NCBI GenBank assembly: GCA_964291405.2
Contig: OZ219926.1
Span: 4,224,001-4,288,000 of the forward strand
Direction: 5' to 3'
From: Thermodesulfobacteriota bacterium
GTDB taxonomy: Bacteria > Desulfobacterota > Binatia > Bin18
Length of the DNA: 64,000 bases
Under the pieces are notes generated by a model that saw only the letters and a list, made by a program, of their open reading frames with translations, ran no database searches and was not told the origin of the DNA. Positions 10,134 through 19,745 of the stretch are shown piece after piece. The position numbers were made by a program, and so were the translations under genes. Position 1 is the stretch's first letter. The number at the start of each line of letters is the position of its first letter.

Positions 10134-10736
10134 ATGAAGAAGGCCGAGCAATCCGAAGCCACCCGCACGGCGTTGCTGGAGGTAGCCCGTGAACTTTTTA
10201 CAGAGCGCGGCTATGCTGGCACGGCGACCGAAGACATTGCCCAGCGGGCCGGGGTGACCCGTGGAGCGCTCTACTACCAGTTCGGAGACAAGTCCGGCCT
10301 CTTTCATGCGGTCTTGGAAGGCATCAGTCTGAGTACTAATGAAAAAGTCGTAAGTGCCATGCACTCTGGCCAGGGGGGGCAGGGGGACCTCTGGGATCAG
10401 ATAGTCCGTACGGGCGCGGAAGCGTATCTGGATGCCTGCATGGACCCGGCTGTCCAACGCATCGGGTTGATTGAGGCCCCAGCCGTGCTGGGCTGGGAGG
10501 AAAAGCGCGAGTTGGATAGAAAATATGGGATTAGCCTCATATCTAGCGCCCTCCAAGAACTTATGGGCGTTGGGCTGATCGCTCCACAGCCGGTTGAACC
10601 CCTGGCTCATCTTGTTTTAAGCGCCGTGCTTGAAGCGGCGATGTATATCGCCCGCGCCGATGACATACCTGCGGCGCGCAAAGAAATGGGGGCAAGTTTG
10701 GAACGTCTTCTTGATGGGATGCGAGTAAAGGGCTGA
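10134..10736 (+). CDS. TetR/AcrR family regulator, copy 1 of 4
   Basis: HTH EDIAQRAGVTRGALYYQF. Confidence 0.95.
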   Translation: MKKAEQSEATRTALLEVARELFTERGYAGTATEDIAQRAGVTRGALYYQFGDKSGLFHAVLEGISLSTNEKVVSAMHSGQGGQGDLWDQIVRTGAEAYLDACMDPAVQRIGLIEAPAVLGWEEKRELDRKYGISLISSALQELMGVGLIAPQPVEPLAHLVLSAVLEAAMYIARADDIPAARKEMGASLERLLDGMRVKG

Positions 10737-10744
10737 GTCTGGGG

Positions 10745-11350
10745 ATGAAGAAGGCCGAGCAATCCGAAGCCACTCGCGCAGTGTTACTCCAGGCGGCCCG
10801 CGAGCTTTTTATGGAGCGAGGGTATGCCGACACGGGGACCGAAGATATTGCCCAACGGGCTGGGGTGACGCGTGGGGCACTCTACTATCAGTTCCGTGAC
10901 AAGCCCGGTCTCTTTCGTGCGGTTGTGGAAGACCTCAATCTGAACATTTCTACCCAAATCGTGAGTGCCATGCAGGCTAACCAAGGGGAGGAGACAGGGG
11001 ACCTCTGGGATCGTCTCGTCAACGCTGGGAGAGAAGTGTATCTGGATGCCTGCCTGGACCCGGCTTTCCAACGTATCGCGCTGATTGAAGCCTCCGCTGT
11101 GCTGGGCTGGGAGGAAAAGCGTGCGGTGGAAGAAAAACATGGGCTTAGTATCATCCGCGGTATGATTCAAGCACTTCTAGAAGCTAGGCTGATTGCTCCA
11201 CAGCCAGTTGAACCACTGGCCCACCTTATCTTAAGCGCAATAACTGAAGCGGCGGTGTATATCGCCCGTGCTGATGACATACCTGCTGTGCGCAAAGAAA
11301 TGGGCGCCAGCCTGGAGCGCCTCTTTAGTGGCCTACGGGTGAAGCACTGA
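10745..11350 (+). CDS. TetR/AcrR family regulator, copy 2 of 4
   Basis: Same HTH; close paralog of its neighbours. Confidence 0.95.
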   Translation: MKKAEQSEATRAVLLQAARELFMERGYADTGTEDIAQRAGVTRGALYYQFRDKPGLFRAVVEDLNLNISTQIVSAMQANQGEETGDLWDRLVNAGREVYLDACLDPAFQRIALIEASAVLGWEEKRAVEEKHGLSIIRGMIQALLEARLIAPQPVEPLAHLILSAITEAAVYIARADDIPAVRKEMGASLERLFSGLRVKH

Positions 11351-11358
11351 ACCTGCCT

Positions 11359-11961
11359 ATGAAGAAGGCTGAGCAATCGGAATCCACCCGCACGGCGTTA
11401 CTCCAGGCCGCCCGCGAACTCTTCACTGAGCGTGGGTATGCCGACACGGGAACCGAAGACATTGCCCAGCGGGCCGGGGTGACCCGCGGAGCGCTCTATT
11501 ACCAGTTCCGTGACAAGCTCGGCCTCTTTCGTGCGGTTGTGGAAGACCTCAATCTGCATATTGTCCAAAAAGTCGCGAGTGCCATACAGGCTGGCCGGGA
11601 AGAGCAGGAAGATCTCTGGGATGCGATAGCTCGTACTGGTACGGAAGCATTTCTGGATGCCTGCCTGGACCCGGCTGTCCAACGCATTGTGTTGACTGAG
11701 GTTACCGCCGTGCTGGGATGGCAGGAAGAGCGTGAGTTGGATGAGAATTATGGGCTGGGTGTCGTCCGTGGTGCCATCCAAGAACTCATGGGCGCTGGGA
11801 TGGTTGCTCCGCAACCGCTTGAACCGCTGGCCCACCTTATCTTAAGTGTAGAGAGGGAAGCGGCTCGATATATTGCCCGCGCAGATGATATACCCACTGC
11901 GCGCAAAGAAATGGGAGCAAGTTTGGAACGTCTTCTGGATGGGATGCGGGTGAAGCACTGA
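11359..11961 (+). CDS. TetR/AcrR family regulator, copy 3 of 4
   Basis: Same HTH; close paralog of its neighbours. Confidence 0.95.
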   Translation: MKKAEQSESTRTALLQAARELFTERGYADTGTEDIAQRAGVTRGALYYQFRDKLGLFRAVVEDLNLHIVQKVASAIQAGREEQEDLWDAIARTGTEAFLDACLDPAVQRIVLTEVTAVLGWQEERELDENYGLGVVRGAIQELMGAGMVAPQPLEPLAHLILSVEREAARYIARADDIPTARKEMGASLERLLDGMRVKH

Positions 11962-11969
11962 GTTTGCCT

Positions 11970-12572
11970 ATGAAGAAGGTTGAGCAATCCGAAGCCACCC
12001 GCGCAGTGTTGCTCAAAGTGGCCCGTGAGCTTTTTACCGAGCACGGGTATGCCGATACGACAACAGGAGACATTGCTAAACGAGCCGGGGTAACACGTGG
12101 GGCCCTCTACTACCAGTTTCGTGACAAGTTCGGTCTCTTTCGTGCGGTTGTGGAAGACCTCTATCTAGATATTGCTCAAAAAGTCGTAAGTGCCATACAG
12201 GCTGGCCGGGAAGATCAGAGGGATCTTTGGGACCAGATAGTGCATACTGGCACGGAAGCATATCTGGATGCCTGCCTGGACCCGGCTTTCCAACGTATCG
12301 GGCTGATTGAGTCCGTCGTCGTCCTGGGCTGGGAGGAAGAGCGTGCGGTGGATGAGAAATATGGGCTGGGTGTCGTCCGTGGTGCCCTCCAAGAACTTAT
12401 GGACGCCGGGCTGATTGCTCCGCAGCCAATTGAATCGCTGACGCACCTGATATTAAGCATAGAACATGAAGCGGCTCGATATATTGCCCGCGCCGACGAT
12501 AGACTCACTGCACGAAAAGAAATGAGTGCCAGCCTGAAACGCCTCTTTGATGGGATGCGGGTGAAGGGCTGA
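11970..12572 (+). CDS. TetR/AcrR family regulator, copy 4 of 4
   Basis: GDIAKRAGVTRGALYYQF; ATG 11970 aligns with the paralog starts. Confidence 0.95.
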   Translation: MKKVEQSEATRAVLLKVARELFTEHGYADTTTGDIAKRAGVTRGALYYQFRDKFGLFRAVVEDLYLDIAQKVVSAIQAGREDQRDLWDQIVHTGTEAYLDACLDPAFQRIGLIESVVVLGWEEERAVDEKYGLGVVRGALQELMDAGLIAPQPIESLTHLILSIEHEAARYIARADDRLTARKEMSASLKRLFDGMRVKG

Positions 12573-12621
12573 GTCGGTCCCTATAGATGAGGGTGGCAGA
12601 ATGTGACCCAACTCTGCTGGT

Positions 12622-13395
12622 CTACAAATGACTCAGCGCTCCCCCTTCAACCCACACGGTTTGACCGGTGATAAAGCCCGCCATGTCTGAGGCCAGATAC
12701 ACGGCGGCTTCGCCGACTTCAGACGGCTGTGCCAGGCGTTTATGCGGCAAATAGCGACGCAACTGTTCCTGTACGGCCGTGTCTTTGAGCAAGCCCATAC
12801 CCTCGGTCCAACCCGCTCCAATGGCGTTCACCGTGATTCCGCTTCGAGCCCATTCAAGGGCCAGGGCACGGGTCAAATTAAGAACCCCACCTTGCGCCGC
12901 ACAATACGCGCTGCCATTGATCATCCCCCGCTCGCCGAGCAATGAGACAACATTAATAATCCGTCCGCTGTGTTGAGCCAGCATGGGAGCGGCGGCTGCC
13001 CGACAGGCAAAATACACGCCTGTCAAATTGACCTCCAGCACCCGTCGCCATTCCTTGGAAGAAATGTCACGGAGGGGCTTGGCAAACGGCAGGTCGTGAG
13101 TATTGACGAGAATATCGAGCGTGCCAAGTTCTGAGACAGTCTGCTCCACCAGGGCCTGCACGTCAGCTTCGTTCGCGGCGTCTATCATCTGAGCCAGGCT
13201 CTTTCTGCCCTGAGATTGAATCGCATCTCGGCAGGTGAGGACAGCCCTCTGTTCTCGTGGTGTAGCGAGCGTCGAGCCCACTGCGACATTCGCACCTGCC
13301 TCGGCCAGCGCACATGCAGCGGCCCTGCCAATAGCCGAACTGGCTCCGAGTACCAGCGCGTTTCTTTCCGCTAAAGAAAACGCGGCTAGGCTCAT
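12622..13395 (-). CDS. SDR family oxidoreductase
   Basis: LGASSAIG, YCAAQGG (variant of YxxxK); ATGA overlap with the upstream SDR. Confidence 0.85.
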   Translation of the reverse strand: MSLAAFSLAERNALVLGASSAIGRAAACALAEAGANVAVGSTLATPREQRAVLTCRDAIQSQGRKSLAQMIDAANEADVQALVEQTVSELGTLDILVNTHDLPFAKPLRDISSKEWRRVLEVNLTGVYFACRAAAAPMLAQHSGRIINVVSLLGERGMINGSAYCAAQGGVLNLTRALALEWARSGITVNAIGAGWTEGMGLLKDTAVQEQLRRYLPHKRLAQPSEVGEAAVYLASDMAGFITGQTVWVEGGALSHL

Positions 13396-14207
13396 ACGCC
13401 ATCCTCTTCCAGAGGGACGACTGGAGCAAATCCGCACGGTGCTTGCCCCCCTGCCAGGCCGCCACCCTCTAGCGCAAGCATTTGGCCATTCATGTAGTTG
13501 GACACGCCCGACGCCAGGAAGACACAAGCCGGTCCCAGCTCAGCATCCTGGCCGACTCGCCCAACCGGTATGAACTTTCCGCCACGCCAAAATTTGATCA
13601 GCTCGGGATCATCGTGCGGAAAGATGCCGGGCAGAATCAGATTAGCCTGAATGTTGTGCTCGGCGTAATTCATTGCCAGGGCGCGGGTGAAATTGATTAA
13701 GCCAGCCTTGGCCGCCGTATACATATAATTATTCTTTGCCGCCCGGACACCAAAACCGGAAGTGATATTGATGATCTTCCCTCCGCCTTGCTCGACCATG
13801 GAAGGCAGAGCCGCTCGGCAACAGTACACTGCGCCCGAGAGGTTGGTATCCACGCCCACATGCCAATGCGTATCGGGAATAGTATCGAGCGGACGAAACA
13901 TGCCTTTCGTCGCGCCGCCGGCATTGTTAACCAGAATGTCAATCTGTCCGAATGCGGTACGCCCGGCTTCGATCATGGCGTTGACCGAATGTGAATCCGT
14001 AATATCAACACGTACCGCCAAACTGCGACGGCCTTGAGCCCGGACGAGATCGGCAGTCTCGTCGATTTGATCCGGCGTTCGTGAAGCGACAACAACATCC
14101 GCTCCAGCCTCAGCAAGAGCGAGGGCCATTGCCCGACCCAAACCCCGCCCCGCCCCGGTCACCAGGGCGATTTTCCCGTCCAGCCGTAATTTATCGAGTA
14201 CGCTCAC
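13392..14207 (-). CDS. SDR family oxidoreductase
   Basis: TGAGRGLG, NNAG, YTAAK. Confidence 0.92.
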   Translation of the reverse strand: MSVLDKLRLDGKIALVTGAGRGLGRAMALALAEAGADVVVASRTPDQIDETADLVRAQGRRSLAVRVDITDSHSVNAMIEAGRTAFGQIDILVNNAGGATKGMFRPLDTIPDTHWHVGVDTNLSGAVYCCRAALPSMVEQGGGKIINITSGFGVRAAKNNYMYTAAKAGLINFTRALAMNYAEHNIQANLILPGIFPHDDPELIKFWRGGKFIPVGRVGQDAELGPACVFLASGVSNYMNGQMLALEGGGLAGGQAPCGFAPVVPLEEDGV

Positions 14208-14280
14208 ATAACCTCCCCCGTGTCTGCATCCCCCAGGAAATGGACGAATTCCTATGCTATTGCAAGGGCCGTAGAGATGA

Positions 14281-14970
14281 ATGAGAGTATCGGAAGATAT
14301 GGTTGGCTCCTCCGTTCCTGAGTCCTGGTCTGACTTTATCGAAGGCTCTGTCTACCCTGACAACGCAGTCCCCTGGTGGCATGACCCTGCCTACGCGACT
14401 ATTCTTGAACACCATGGACTGCGCGACAGTATTGGGAGCCATGTTGCTTCCGCCCTGCGGCAGGCCATCGGATTGGTCCAGGCAATGGCCCAGGTGAATG
14501 TCTTGGATGTCGTCCGCAGTCACCGTCCGGCAGTCGGCCTCAGCCTGGGCTTCGGCAGCAATGCACAGGAGCCCTACGATCTGCTCAAGACCCTTGAGTT
14601 GGACTGTGTTCACGCCTACGAATGGGTCGGCGAACACATCATTGAAGCAGCCAAGGTATTTGAGACGCTCCGCGCGAATGAGCCTCAGCTCACAACCCGC
14701 ATTCGCCTGCATCACGGGACGGTGAGTGACCTGCGTGCACTGAACACCTCTTCCATCCACCTCATCTACACGGCCAATATGTTCAACCGTGAGATTCCTA
14801 TGAGTGAAGATACGTTTGAGCGGTCTCTACAAGAGATTGTGCGTGTCCTTACTCCAAGAGGGTGTCTGATCAGTCGTGGTTCATCTGGTGTGCTGGAGCA
14901 GTCTCTTGCTCAATATCTTCATGTCCTGCTAGAGAATCCGCTGGTTTCTGTTCTGCAAAAAGAGCCCTGA
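14281..14970 (+). CDS. hypothetical protein, class I SAM-methyltransferase-like
   Basis: LSLGFGSN motif I-like, SSIHLIY, EIVRVLTPRG. Confidence 0.5.
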   Translation: MRVSEDMVGSSVPESWSDFIEGSVYPDNAVPWWHDPAYATILEHHGLRDSIGSHVASALRQAIGLVQAMAQVNVLDVVRSHRPAVGLSLGFGSNAQEPYDLLKTLELDCVHAYEWVGEHIIEAAKVFETLRANEPQLTTRIRLHHGTVSDLRALNTSSIHLIYTANMFNREIPMSEDTFERSLQEIVRVLTPRGCLISRGSSGVLEQSLAQYLHVLLENPLVSVLQKEP

Positions 14971-14995
14971 CCGGCCGGGAGTACGTGAATTAGCC

Positions 14996-15385
14996 ATGAT
15001 CTGTTTAGACCACGTTCATATCTTTTCCTCTGACATAGAGAAGACTCTGCGCTTCTATCAGACCATGTTTGGGGCGCGGATAGTGTACGATGCCATGCTT
15101 GTGGGCCAGCGGAATATCCGCCTTGATATTGGTGGGCAGGCACTGCACGTTTACGCGCAAAAACCGCGGAGTGCGGACCGTGGTTTGGTGCATCATCTCG
15201 GTATTCGGACTGACGACCTTGAGGGGTTGATCGCCCATATGCAGGAAAACGGAGTCGTCTTTCGGAAAGGCATTGTTGAGGCTACGCCTTTTCGCTATGC
15301 CATGTGCGAAGCGCCGGACGGTGTTCTATTGGAACTCTATGAGGTGAAGCCGGGTGGAGAATGGATGGTAGGGGAGAGCGGATAG
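14996..15385 (+). CDS. VOC (glyoxalase) family protein
   Basis: LDHVHI, HHLGI, APDGVLLEL. Confidence 0.85.
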   Translation: MICLDHVHIFSSDIEKTLRFYQTMFGARIVYDAMLVGQRNIRLDIGGQALHVYAQKPRSADRGLVHHLGIRTDDLEGLIAHMQENGVVFRKGIVEATPFRYAMCEAPDGVLLELYEVKPGGEWMVGESG

Positions 15386-15491
15386 CGCAGTCCTGTCGTA
15401 GCGGTGAGAGTCGTTCTGTCTTCTTTGCCTCAGGCAAAACCTTGCCTTCTGCTTCACCGGTCTTACATTCTTGTAGAAAGAAGCATCGACG

Positions 15492-16547
15492 ATGAAATTT
15501 CAGGACTATTACAAAACACTCGGGCTCTCACGGACTGCCTCGCAAGAAGAAATTCAGAAGGCATATCGCAAGCTGGCCCGGAAGTATCACCCTGATGTGA
15601 ACAAGAGTCAGGAAGCAGAAGAAAAATTCAAAGCTATTAACGAAGCCCACGAAGTCCTGAAGGATCCAGAAAAGCGAAGCAAATACGACACACTCGGCCC
15701 CAATTGGCAGGCCGGACAGGACTTTCGGCCGCCGCCCGGTTGGGAGAATTCTACCAGTCGAGCCGGCTGGCCAGATGGCGGCCGGACGACATTTCACTTT
15801 CGCAGTGGACCGGGTGGCCCCAGTGGACCGGGCTCGTTTGACTTCAGCGGCCTTGGCGGCAGTGGCTTCAGCGATTTTTTTGACGTACTCTTCGGACAGA
15901 ATTTCGACGCGGGCACGAGACATGGGCCTCAGGAGAGTCGTCGCCAGACTCGGAGGGGCACGCAAAGGCCTGGGAGGTCTGGCGGGCCGTCGGTACGTGG
16001 CAAAGATCACGAGGTTGATATCACGGTTTCCCTTGAAGAAGCCTATCGAGGCACGTCAAAGACTCTGACTTTACAACAGGAAGAGGGTCGTGGCGCGGGA
16101 AAAGCCAAACGCTACGACGTCAAAATCCCACTTGGTGTCACTGAAGGTGCGCGCATTCGTTTGGCAGGCCAGGGCGGGGCGGGTAAAGGTCTGGGAGACA
16201 ATGGCGATGTCTTTCTCCGCGTGCACATTGCGCCGCATGATCGCTTTACTCCACGGGGCCACGACTTATCGGTTGAGGTGCCAATCTCTCCGTGGGAAGC
16301 CGCACTGGGGACGAAGGTCGAGATACCTACATTAGACGGGCGTATTAAGCTGACCATCCCTCCAGGGACCCAGGAGGGACAAAAATTTCGGAGTCGAGGC
16401 AAAGGGCTCCCCCGAAAGGGGGGGGAGCCTGGCGACCTGTATACCATCGTTCGGATTACTATTCCGAAAACCTTGACGCCCAGGGAAAAGACCCTGTTTG
16501 AAGAACTCCAACACGTCTCGTCCTTCCATCCGCGGGAGGACGGTTAA
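15492..16547 (+). CDS. cbpA: DnaJ-class chaperone (CbpA-like, no zinc finger)
   Basis: J domain with HPD, G/F-rich region, DnaJ_C domain. Confidence 0.85.
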   Translation: MKFQDYYKTLGLSRTASQEEIQKAYRKLARKYHPDVNKSQEAEEKFKAINEAHEVLKDPEKRSKYDTLGPNWQAGQDFRPPPGWENSTSRAGWPDGGRTTFHFRSGPGGPSGPGSFDFSGLGGSGFSDFFDVLFGQNFDAGTRHGPQESRRQTRRGTQRPGRSGGPSVRGKDHEVDITVSLEEAYRGTSKTLTLQQEEGRGAGKAKRYDVKIPLGVTEGARIRLAGQGGAGKGLGDNGDVFLRVHIAPHDRFTPRGHDLSVEVPISPWEAALGTKVEIPTLDGRIKLTIPPGTQEGQKFRSRGKGLPRKGGEPGDLYTIVRITIPKTLTPREKTLFEELQHVSSFHPREDG

Positions 16548-16674
16548 GCAGCCCCCCATCGGTACGCTCCTACGACTCTTTTCCAAGCTCTTTCTTTTGG
16601 GAAAGTCTGCTTTGCGCTGATTTGTGAAACGCGCTACAACCGCAGGCAAACATGAGTGAGGGAGAAACGGATCC

Positions 16675-17877
16675 ATGGCCAACCTGCCGCTCGAAGGTCT
16701 CAAAGTCGTTGACATTGCCGTCTTGTTTGCCGCACCGACGATTTCCCAGAATATGGGCGATTTTGGAGCGGAGGTGATTAAGGTCGAGCATCCGAAAATG
16801 GGGGATAGCCTGCGCTCACTCGGGGCAACCAAGGATGGAATCCCCCTGTGGTGGAAGATTACGAATCGCAACAAAAAATGTATTACGCTCAACCTGAGCG
16901 CTCCAGAAGGTCAGGAACTGCTCAAGCAACTGATCGCCGATGCTGATGTCCTGACAGAAAATTTCCGACCGGGAACCCTGGAAAAATGGGGTCTCGGTTG
17001 GGAGACCTTGCACGCGATCAACCCTCGCCTGATCGTTGTCCGGGTATCCGGGTTTGGTCAGACCGGACCCTATAAAGACAAACCGGGATTCGGCACTCTT
17101 GCCGAGGCCATGAGTGGCTTTGCCCACATTACCGGCCAGCCGGACGGGCCGCCGACCCTGCCCGGCTATGGTCTGGCAGATTCTATGGCTGGCCAGTTTG
17201 GCACCTGGGCGGTCATGTTCGCACTCTATGAGCGGGATCATAAGAGCGGCAAGGGCCAGATGCTCGACCTGAGCGTCCTGGAACCGTTGTTCACGACAAC
17301 CGGCGATCAAGCCCTGGCCTATGACCAGCTTGGCGTCGTTCAGCATCGAACCGGTAACCGGGTGCCGTCTATTGGTGCTCCCCGCAATACCTATCAAACC
17401 AAGGACGGTCACTGGCTTGCCCTTTCGGCCAATGCGCCTGCCTTGGCCAAACGGGTCTTTATTGCCATCGGTCGGCCAGAATTGAATGATGATCCACGCT
17501 TTGCCGACAACCGCGCCCGGGTTGAGCATATTGACGAAGTCGATGCCATTGTTGGCGGCTGGATTGGCGCACACACTGCCGAAGAAGCCTTGAAACGCTT
17601 TGATGAATTCGAGTGCGCCTGCGCACCAGTGTACGACATCACCGGCATTCTGTCTGATCCGCATTTCCAGGCGCGTGAAACGGTCACCACCGTTTCCGAC
17701 CCGGAGCTGGGACCCATTAAAATGCAGAATGTCGTCCCGAAATTTTCTCGGACTCCTGGCACAATACGCTGGTCGGCGCCCACCCATATGGGACATCACA
17801 ACGAAGAGGTCTATGGACAGCAGCTCGGCCTGTCGCCGCAGAAACTGGCGGAATTAAAAGAAAAGGGGGTGATCTAA
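16675..17877 (+). CDS. family III CoA transferase (CaiB/BaiF)
   Basis: DFGAEVIKVE, ENFRPG, SGFGQTGP. Confidence 0.93.
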   Translation: MANLPLEGLKVVDIAVLFAAPTISQNMGDFGAEVIKVEHPKMGDSLRSLGATKDGIPLWWKITNRNKKCITLNLSAPEGQELLKQLIADADVLTENFRPGTLEKWGLGWETLHAINPRLIVVRVSGFGQTGPYKDKPGFGTLAEAMSGFAHITGQPDGPPTLPGYGLADSMAGQFGTWAVMFALYERDHKSGKGQMLDLSVLEPLFTTTGDQALAYDQLGVVQHRTGNRVPSIGAPRNTYQTKDGHWLALSANAPALAKRVFIAIGRPELNDDPRFADNRARVEHIDEVDAIVGGWIGAHTAEEALKRFDEFECACAPVYDITGILSDPHFQARETVTTVSDPELGPIKMQNVVPKFSRTPGTIRWSAPTHMGHHNEEVYGQQLGLSPQKLAELKEKGVI

Positions 17878-18764
17878 TGTCACGGCTGCGTCGGAGTTTA
17901 TTATTTGTCCCGGCCAGCAGCGAGCGCTTCTTTGCCAAGGCCAAAGAGTCGGCGGCAGATACGCTGATCTTTGATCTGGAAGATGCGGTGGCCCCAGAGC
18001 GCAAGGCCGAAGCGCGTGAGACTATGCGGGAGGTCCTTCAAGACACTGACTTTGCACGCTTTGAGCGGACCGTGCGTATTAACGGACTTGATACCCCCTA
18101 CTTCCTGGATGATGTGTTAGCCATGGTTGGGGCTGGGGCCGATGGCCTCGTCGTACCCAAGACAAACAGCGCCGAGAACATCCGGTTCGTGGACCAACTC
18201 GTTTCCCTGGCTGAGCAACGCGCCGGACGCTCGCCTGGAGACGTTGTCCTGATTCCCCTGTTTGAGCAGCCCCAGGCAATTGGCAACGCGTTTTCCATTG
18301 CCTCGGCAACGTCCCGGATTGCCGGCATCGCCTTTGGGCACGGCGACTTCTCCTTATCCATGGGGATTAAAGCCGCACCCTCAACCGACGGGGTGGTTTT
18401 ACAAGCGCGCTGTCAGGTGGTCATGGCCGCCAAGGCTGCGGGCGTGGCGCCGATTGATAACGTCTATCTCGATATTAAGGACCTCGACGGTTTACGCCTA
18501 GAAACGCAGCAGGGCCAGAATCTCGGTTACGAGGGTAAGGCCTGTATTCATCCCGGCCAGGTCGATCCCGTGAACGCGGTGTACACACCGACGACGGAAG
18601 AAGTCGAGTATGCGCGCGCCCTGGTCGCCGCTTTTGAACAAGCGGTGGCCGCGGGGCATGGGGCCGTCTCCTTCCGAGGGCGGATGATTGATGGACCGAT
18701 TGCCGACATCGAGAAGATCGTATTGGACCGGGCGCGCAAGGCCGGTATGGACGTACCCTCCTAA
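17877..18764 (+). CDS. CitE-like CoA ester lyase (HpcH/HpaI aldolase-citrate lyase)
   Basis: RSLLFVP, FDLEDAVAP, GKACIHPGQV. Confidence 0.9.
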   Translation: MSRLRRSLLFVPASSERFFAKAKESAADTLIFDLEDAVAPERKAEARETMREVLQDTDFARFERTVRINGLDTPYFLDDVLAMVGAGADGLVVPKTNSAENIRFVDQLVSLAEQRAGRSPGDVVLIPLFEQPQAIGNAFSIASATSRIAGIAFGHGDFSLSMGIKAAPSTDGVVLQARCQVVMAAKAAGVAPIDNVYLDIKDLDGLRLETQQGQNLGYEGKACIHPGQVDPVNAVYTPTTEEVEYARALVAAFEQAVAAGHGAVSFRGRMIDGPIADIEKIVLDRARKAGMDVPS

Positions 18765-18777
18765 GAAACCGTGACAT

Positions 18778-19719
18778 ATGGCGCGCGATACTCTGAAGCA
18801 CGGCTCGGCCTATGTGAACGGAGTCCGCCTGCATTACGTCACCCAAGGTGAAGGTCCGCTGCTCATTTTGCTGCACGGGTTCCCCGAATTCTGGTATTCG
18901 TGGCGCTATCAAATCCCGGCTCTGGCGAAACATTTCACCGTCGTGGCGCCGGACATGCGAGGCTACAACGAGAGCGAGAAGCCGACCGGCGTCACCAATT
19001 ATCATATTGACCGACTCATCGGGGATGTGCAGGGTCTCATTCGTGCCTTTAATGAAAAACGGGCCGTTATTATAGGCCATGATTGGGGTGGCGGTGTGGC
19101 CTGGGCTTTTGCCGCCAACTACCCACACATGACCGAACGGCTTGTTGTTTTGAATTGTCCCCATCCGGAAGCGTTTCAGAAAGCGCTTAAAGAGAACCGC
19201 CAGCAGCTTCGCCGTAGCTGGTATATATTCTACTTCCAGCTTCCGTGGTTGCCTGAGCTGGGCCTGCGTTTGTTCAGGCGGCGCTTTATCGAGCAGGCGT
19301 TTCGTGGCATGGCCGTGCGGAAAGAAGCCTTCTCCGACGAAGAGTTGCACAGGTACGCCAAGGCATTGCGTATCCCTGGCAGTACCCGGGCTGCCATCAA
19401 TTATTACCGAGCAGCGTTTCGTCACCGTCTCCGCCATGGTGCAGTACACCTTCCCCAAATCTCAAGTCCGACCCTCCTGATTTGGGGTGAGGAAGATAGA
19501 GCACTCGGAAAAGAGCTCACCCACGACATGGACGAGTACTTCAGCGATCGTTTTGAGATCAAATATATCCCCAAGTGCAGTCATTGGGTCCAACAGGAAC
19601 AGCCTGAAGTGGTGAATCAGTATCTGCTGGAGTTCCTGTTGGTACCAGAGAGCCAAGGAGAGACCGAGCCTTCTCTCCATGCACCCTTAACCCAAGCGGC
19701 TTCATCAGACTCTGGTTGA
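18778..19719 (+). CDS. epoxide hydrolase-like alpha/beta hydrolase
   Basis: HGFPEFWYSWR, GHDWGG, SHWVQQE. Confidence 0.9.
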   Translation: MARDTLKHGSAYVNGVRLHYVTQGEGPLLILLHGFPEFWYSWRYQIPALAKHFTVVAPDMRGYNESEKPTGVTNYHIDRLIGDVQGLIRAFNEKRAVIIGHDWGGGVAWAFAANYPHMTERLVVLNCPHPEAFQKALKENRQQLRRSWYIFYFQLPWLPELGLRLFRRRFIEQAFRGMAVRKEAFSDEELHRYAKALRIPGSTRAAINYYRAAFRHRLRHGAVHLPQISSPTLLIWGEEDRALGKELTHDMDEYFSDRFEIKYIPKCSHWVQQEQPEVVNQYLLEFLLVPESQGETEPSLHAPLTQAASSDSG

Positions 19720-19745
19720 GGCAGGCGGTGGACCGCCTCCATTCC

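Larger units (their letters stand above)
10134..12572 (+). repeat. tandem gene-sized direct repeat, 4 units of about 611-614 bp
   Basis: Each unit starts ATGAAGAAGG and ends ...CGNGTNAAN..TGA; units separated by exactly 8 nt. Confidence 0.95.

Noticed and set aside
10737-11969. TGA read-through fusing the TetR genes into a polyprotein
   Set aside because: The 8-nt spacers put each next gene out of frame
16816-17799. Long antisense or alternate-frame ORFs (also 18475-19458, 37444-38241, 48618-49565, 59618-60502)
   Set aside because: Shadows of well-supported genes in GC-rich DNA, with no recognisable motifs
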